Sequence record: KM607001
Direction: 5' to 3' (one strand)
Source of the DNA: Enterobacteria phage RB33
DNA: 64,000 nucleotides
Position numbers and translations under genes: made by a program. Every line of letters begins with the position of its first letter. Position 1 is the stretch's first letter. The notes below the pieces were generated by a model. It was given only the letters and a program-made list of their open reading frames with translations. It made no database searches and had not been told where the DNA came from. Shown here piece by piece: positions 59,456 to 64,000 of this stretch.

Positions 59456-59917
59456 TCATTGAGTTTTAATTACTGCTTTAGAAGCCTTTCCTGGTAAACG
59501 ACGACTATTGATAATTGCCATCCTGCACTGAAGTGACGGGTCTTTGAACTTCGCATTAGGTTTACAAACTGTAAATCCAAGCCAAAGATTTCCATCTGTG
59601 ATTTCTAAACGTCCAGGACGATATTCAACCCCATCAATAAAATCCTCGTCAATGTCAGGACGCGGAGGCATACTCAGGAATTCATTAACTTCTAAAACAT
59701 GGTCTTTTATTTTATGGAATAATTCAAAAACGTATGTCTCATCAATCTCCCGTTGAATTGCGCGATCAAGAAGATGCTGAGAATATTTTAGATGAAACGA
59801 TGAGACCCCTGCTGCTTTTGATGCCTCACGAATCTCATTGTTAATTTGACGAAACTCCGACTCAAAGTGACGACGAAGCTTATTTCGACGGATAAAAACT
59901 TCTGTATTGATAGTCAT
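59456..59917 (-). CDS. regB: RegB endoribonuclease, 153 aa
   Basis: 153 aa; size and position as T4 RegB. Confidence 0.8.
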   Translation of the reverse strand: MTINTEVFIRRNKLRRHFESEFRQINNEIREASKAAGVSSFHLKYSQHLLDRAIQREIDETYVFELFHKIKDHVLEVNEFLSMPPRPDIDEDFIDGVEYRPGRLEITDGNLWLGFTVCKPNAKFKDPSLQCRMAIINSRRLPGKASKAVIKTQ

Positions 59918-59944
59918 GTTATTCTCCTCTTAACTGATAGAAAA

Positions 59945-59974
59945 ATTATACCACAGTCAAGAGGAAAAGTAAAC
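59945..59974 (-). promoter_or_regulatory. T4-type early promoter upstream of regB
   Basis: minus strand GTTTACttttcctcttgactgtggTATAAT. Confidence 0.6.
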
Positions 59975-59976
59975 AA

Positions 59977-60255
59977 TTATTCTTTAAATCTAATCAATTT
60001 ATTCATAGACTTTGAAACTTCTGCACGAACCTCATGTAGATTTTTGAGCTGTTCAAGACGCTGCGTATAGTAAGCAATTTCATCTTCTTCGAGACAGTCC
60101 TGTGAATCTTCTTTAAGATAACGTGTATAGTCCTGAAAAGCGTTACGAACTACTTCCTGGAAATCATCAAGACTTTGAATTTTCTTAGTAGCAGCAGATA
60201 CATGACGAGGGGCAGTATAATACTCATAACCAAACCCTGCGCTTAATTGAGCCAT
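59977..60255 (-). CDS. hypothetical protein (vs.3 position)
   Basis: ORF in track; start moved to MAQLSAGF. Confidence 0.45.
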   Translation of the reverse strand: MAQLSAGFGYEYYTAPRHVSAATKKIQSLDDFQEVVRNAFQDYTRYLKEDSQDCLEEDEIAYYTQRLEQLKNLHEVRAEVSKSMNKLIRFKE

Positions 60256-60521
60256 TAGTATTTTTCCTCTGGTTGGAACACTGCACGACAAGCCCACATA
60301 CTGGCTTCTTTGAGTTTCGTTTTAGCAATAGTTAACTGATCGAGGCTTTCGGCGTAATTCTTCACGAGTTCATCATCTTCACAATTATCTAGTGCTTCCC
60401 AGAATTCATCATACAAAGCATCAAAGATAAGTCCTAAACGAACTTCAGCATCTTTGATAGCATTCACTTTACTGATTTTATCGTCAGTATGTGGCTTATA
60501 ACCTTTAATGTCTTCAATCAT
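60255..60521 (-). CDS. hypothetical protein (vs.4 position; possible Acb2-like cyclic-nucleotide sponge)
   Basis: position only; start moved to MIEDIKGYK; identity not verified. Confidence 0.35.
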   Translation of the reverse strand: MIEDIKGYKPHTDDKISKVNAIKDAEVRLGLIFDALYDEFWEALDNCEDDELVKNYAESLDQLTIAKTKLKEASMWACRAVFQPEEKY

Positions 60522-60735
60522 ATTTGACTTCCTCACCAGTACATAAATCGTATTCAACTAAACGAATAGGTTCATGAATGCCATATCCCTGAACAGAAAT
60601 TTCTGTCGTAGGATAAATTCCGTCAATATCACCCATATTCCACGCTTCATTAAATTGCTGTTCGCCTGAATTACTAAACCACTCGGCGAAAGCATTTAGA
60701 ACATCTTTAGAACCTTCAATAATTATCTTTGCCAT
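60514..60735 (-). CDS. hypothetical protein (vs.5 position)
   Basis: 73-aa ORF. Confidence 0.5.
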   Translation of the reverse strand: MAKIIIEGSKDVLNAFAEWFSNSGEQQFNEAWNMGDIDGIYPTTEISVQGYGIHEPIRLVEYDLCTGEEVKYD

Positions 60736-61097
60736 TACAAACTCTCGGTGAAGGTACGAGCGATAACGTCGCGCTGCTGTTCCGGAGTCAGAGAGTTAAA
60801 GCGAACTGCATAACCGGATACACGGATGGTCAGCTGCGGATATTTTTCCGGATGCTTAACTGCATCTTCCAGAGTTTCACGACGCAGAACGTTAACGTTC
60901 AGGTGTTGACCACCTTCAATTTTAACTGTAGGCTGTGGCTCAATTTCAATTTCACGGGCATGCAAACCATAGAAAATTTCTGGGTCTACAAAAGAGTCCT
61001 CTTTAAAGGTTTTAGAAACGATAATTCGTGCTTGAATACCATCTTCAAAATAAATAGTACCTTTATGTGTGCCTTCAAGAATTTGATATGCTTTCAT
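60735..61097 (-). CDS. GrcA/YfiD-like autonomous glycyl radical cofactor, 120 aa
   Basis: C-terminal ~60 aa ([55 protein letters not shown]) recalled as matching E. coli GrcA/PflB C-terminus. Confidence 0.8.
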   Translation of the reverse strand: MKAYQILEGTHKGTIYFEDGIQARIIVSKTFKEDSFVDPEIFYGLHAREIEIEPQPTVKIEGGQHLNVNVLRRETLEDAVKHPEKYPQLTIRVSGYAVRFNSLTPEQQRDVIARTFTESL

Positions 61098-61104
61098 ATA
61101 AACC

Positions 61105-61434
61105 TCAATTAGAAAATAAATTTATCCAAGATTGTTCTTTAATTAAAAATGGCTCAGAATCATATGCCATTAAACTTTGCGTAATTAATCCTTTAAAAGG
61201 TCCATCAATAAATTCCATGGTAAAATATGGAATTTTATTCATTAGCCGTGCATTAGGAGCCGTGCACAAAACTCTGCATCCTTTGAATACACCTTTTTGT
61301 AATTTGTATTGCTTGGGATAAAATTCGCTCAAAATGTTATTATTTGCTAAAATTTCAAAATGATTCACCAATTTATTTTTAATAGTTTTTGGCGAAAAAT
61401 AAAGATATTCGAAAAGCTGAGTGTCTGTCATCAT
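61105..61434 (-). CDS. hypothetical protein (vs.7 position)
   Basis: ORF in track; start moved to MMTDTQ. Confidence 0.45.
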   Translation of the reverse strand: MMTDTQLFEYLYFSPKTIKNKLVNHFEILANNNILSEFYPKQYKLQKGVFKGCRVLCTAPNARLMNKIPYFTMEFIDGPFKGLITQSLMAYDSEPFLIKEQSWINLFSN

Positions 61435-61970
61435 TGCATTCCGATTACGAAAAACTGTGGACGAGTAATACCACCAATACAACATTTAATATTACAGCAG
61501 CAGTGTACAGTGTCAATATGGACACTATAAATCTTATCCATATCAGGAGATTTGACGGGCTCATCAATTATATACAAAATTCGCGAAAGCGATAAACCTC
61601 TGAACTTGCTTCCTTTATTACCAATAAAACTGCGCACAGAATCAGTAAATAAACGAAAACGTATATCATCATTAGAATAACGCGAAAATTCCTTTTTAAT
61701 GTTATTTGCAGAAATTTTAGCGTAAGCTGAAGTATTAGAAAGAACAATAACTGTTCCGCCATCATACAACCAATTAGCAGCAAAGTTAGTCACAGCAATT
61801 GATTTACCGGATTGACGTCCACCATCTAGTCGAAGTGTGCAATACTGTTTAAGTAAGTCTTCAAATGGTGGAATATAATCGTTTTTACAAATTTCTTCTA
61901 CTCTAGCATCAGAATGGTGTGTAAAAGCATTCATCAGGGATAGATAAGGACCAGTTAAAAATGTTCTCAT
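61431..61970 (-). CDS. P-loop NTPase-like protein (vs.8 position), ~179 aa
   Basis: Walker A-like GGRQSGKS and Walker B-like ILYIIDEP; start moved to MRTFLTG. Confidence 0.5.
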   Translation of the reverse strand: MRTFLTGPYLSLMNAFTHHSDARVEEICKNDYIPPFEDLLKQYCTLRLDGGRQSGKSIAVTNFAANWLYDGGTVIVLSNTSAYAKISANNIKKEFSRYSNDDIRFRLFTDSVRSFIGNKGSKFRGLSLSRILYIIDEPVKSPDMDKIYSVHIDTVHCCCNIKCCIGGITRPQFFVIGMQ

Positions 61971-62123
61971 TTTATTCTCTCTAGGTTTGGGCCATTCCAT
62001 GGCGCATGAATTGTCCATTTCTGTATTTACCCATTACCGCACTTGGGCTCGACCTTATTACAGGTTGGCGGGAATCCCTCACAGAATCATGAGGTCCAGC
62101 TTGTTCCCATATTTCTTATTTGC

Positions 62124-62597
62124 TTATTTGAATGATTTAACGTACTGAATAGAACCTTTACTATTCACGAAAGCGATTTTACCATTTTTATTATACATTG
62201 TAGCAGTACGTTGATAGCCATAAGTTTGTTTACCAGATTGATAACCAACTAATGCGAAATTATCTTCACCCATTTTATTCTGTTTAGCGCGAATACGTTC
62301 ATGACCATGTGCCATAAGAACCTTAGCATCACCGGTTGCAATGGATCGACGAGTTTTTTCATCTTCAACTGTATTAACAAAGTCGTCAAATGAATCAAAT
62401 TTAGCATGAGATTTATTATACAGTTTTCCATCTACTGCATAATTATATCCCTGTACATCCATCTCAACTTCTGTACCATCATCCAGTACAGCAGTGATTT
62501 TCTGTCCTTTTTTAAATTTCAAAAGATCAGTAAAAGATTCAGCAATAATTTGAGAATTAATAGCTGCTTCAGTAATAAATTCTTGATATGTTTTCAT
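62124..62597 (-). CDS. internal protein (IPII/IPIII family) with capsid-targeting N-terminus, 157 aa
   Basis: N-terminus MKTYQEFITEAA matches the internal-protein CTS as remembered; position before e. Confidence 0.6.
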   Translation of the reverse strand: MKTYQEFITEAAINSQIIAESFTDLLKFKKGQKITAVLDDGTEVEMDVQGYNYAVDGKLYNKSHAKFDSFDDFVNTVEDEKTRRSIATGDAKVLMAHGHERIRAKQNKMGEDNFALVGYQSGKQTYGYQRTATMYNKNGKIAFVNSKGSIQYVKSFK

Positions 62598-62657
62598 GTG
62601 TATCCTTTAAATGTAAATATTTTAATTAATAATTTATCTCTTCAAGTAACTGTGAAT

Positions 62658-62687
62658 ATACTATCACAATTCTAGAAGAAAGTAAAC
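62658..62687 (-). promoter_or_regulatory. T4-type early promoter upstream of the internal protein gene
   Basis: minus strand GTTTACtttcttctagaattgtgaTAGTAT. Confidence 0.5.
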
Positions 62688-62691
62688 AACT

Positions 62692-63664
<973 letters not shown>

Positions 63665-63730
63665 TTTAATTTCCTACAATCACTCACAAACTCTTTCATT
63701 GATTCATTTTCAATATAAGACATGTAGCTA

Positions 63731-64000
63731 TTATATTCTTTTAATTGTATTTTGTAATCTTTTTTTTTTTCTTTGCCAATTTATTTTAAAATTATCATAA
63801 TGAAAATATAACATGGTACCAAAGAATGAAAATAATGAAATAATTTTAGTATAGTGAAGTTCACTCCAAACTTCTATTATATTTACTGTGCCGTCGATGT
63901 TTAAAATAAGACAGTCAATTAACAATCCAAAAAGACTACCCGCAAGAGCTGCAGCCAACGCCACAGCAAAAATTAAAAATGACTCAGGAAGCGAATATTT
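63731..64000 (-). CDS. membrane protein, 5' end beyond window (partial)
   Basis: reading frame stays open to the window end; hydrophobic N-terminal region. Confidence 0.45.
   Translation of the reverse strand, partial: KYSLPESFLIFAVALAAALAGSLFGLLIDCLILNIDGTVNIIEVWSELHYTKIISLFSFFGTMLYFHYDNFKINWQRKKKRLQNTIKRI

Noticed and set aside
62027-62110. Possible tRNA in the GC-rich island
   Set aside because: No acceptor/T-arm combination (no GTTCRANTCC-like T-loop, no matching 7-bp acceptor stem) could be built by eye; kept only as a structured noncoding candidate.

Overview
This window is a contiguous ~64 kb segment of a T-even (T4-like) coliphage genome, colinear with the T4 map from rIIA through the early replication, recombination and nucleotide-metabolism region to lysozyme e and nudE. 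All gene identifications and comparisons to T4/T2/T6 are from memory of those proteins and maps, not from a database search. About 115 protein-coding genes are packed almost entirely on the minus strand, with T4-type early (GTTTAC-18 bp-TATAAT-like), middle (MotA box) and late (TATAAATA) promoters and GGCC-CGAA-GGCC-type hairpins between genes. No rRNA, tRNA or CRISPR array was found. The phage differs from T4 in ways that point to a T2/T6-like relative: gene 39 is one contiguous 606-aa ORF, nrdD is unsplit, a GT-A-type glycosyltransferase sits between 42 and uvsX, and no dam, segF, segA, mobA, mobC or denV was found at the T4 positions. The most unusual observations are two perfect tandem duplications (119 bp frameshifting a motB.2-position gene; 91 bp with CATC microhomology across a gene junction), a plus-strand 66-aa membrane ORF where T4 carries dam, a 54-aa mini-protein with an internal-protein-like capsid-targeting N-terminus, and a GC-rich noncoding island where T4 has denV. 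Accessory candidates include an opposite-strand HNH endonuclease with a late promoter, a GIY-YIG endonuclease beside an AAA+ ATPase / nucleotidyltransferase pair, a macro-domain protein near the ADP-ribosyltransferases ModA/ModB, and a GrcA-like glycyl-radical protein. I did not find a single clearly novel multi-gene system; the AAA+/nucleotidyltransferase pair and the coiled-coil paralogue array are the best candidates for follow-up.
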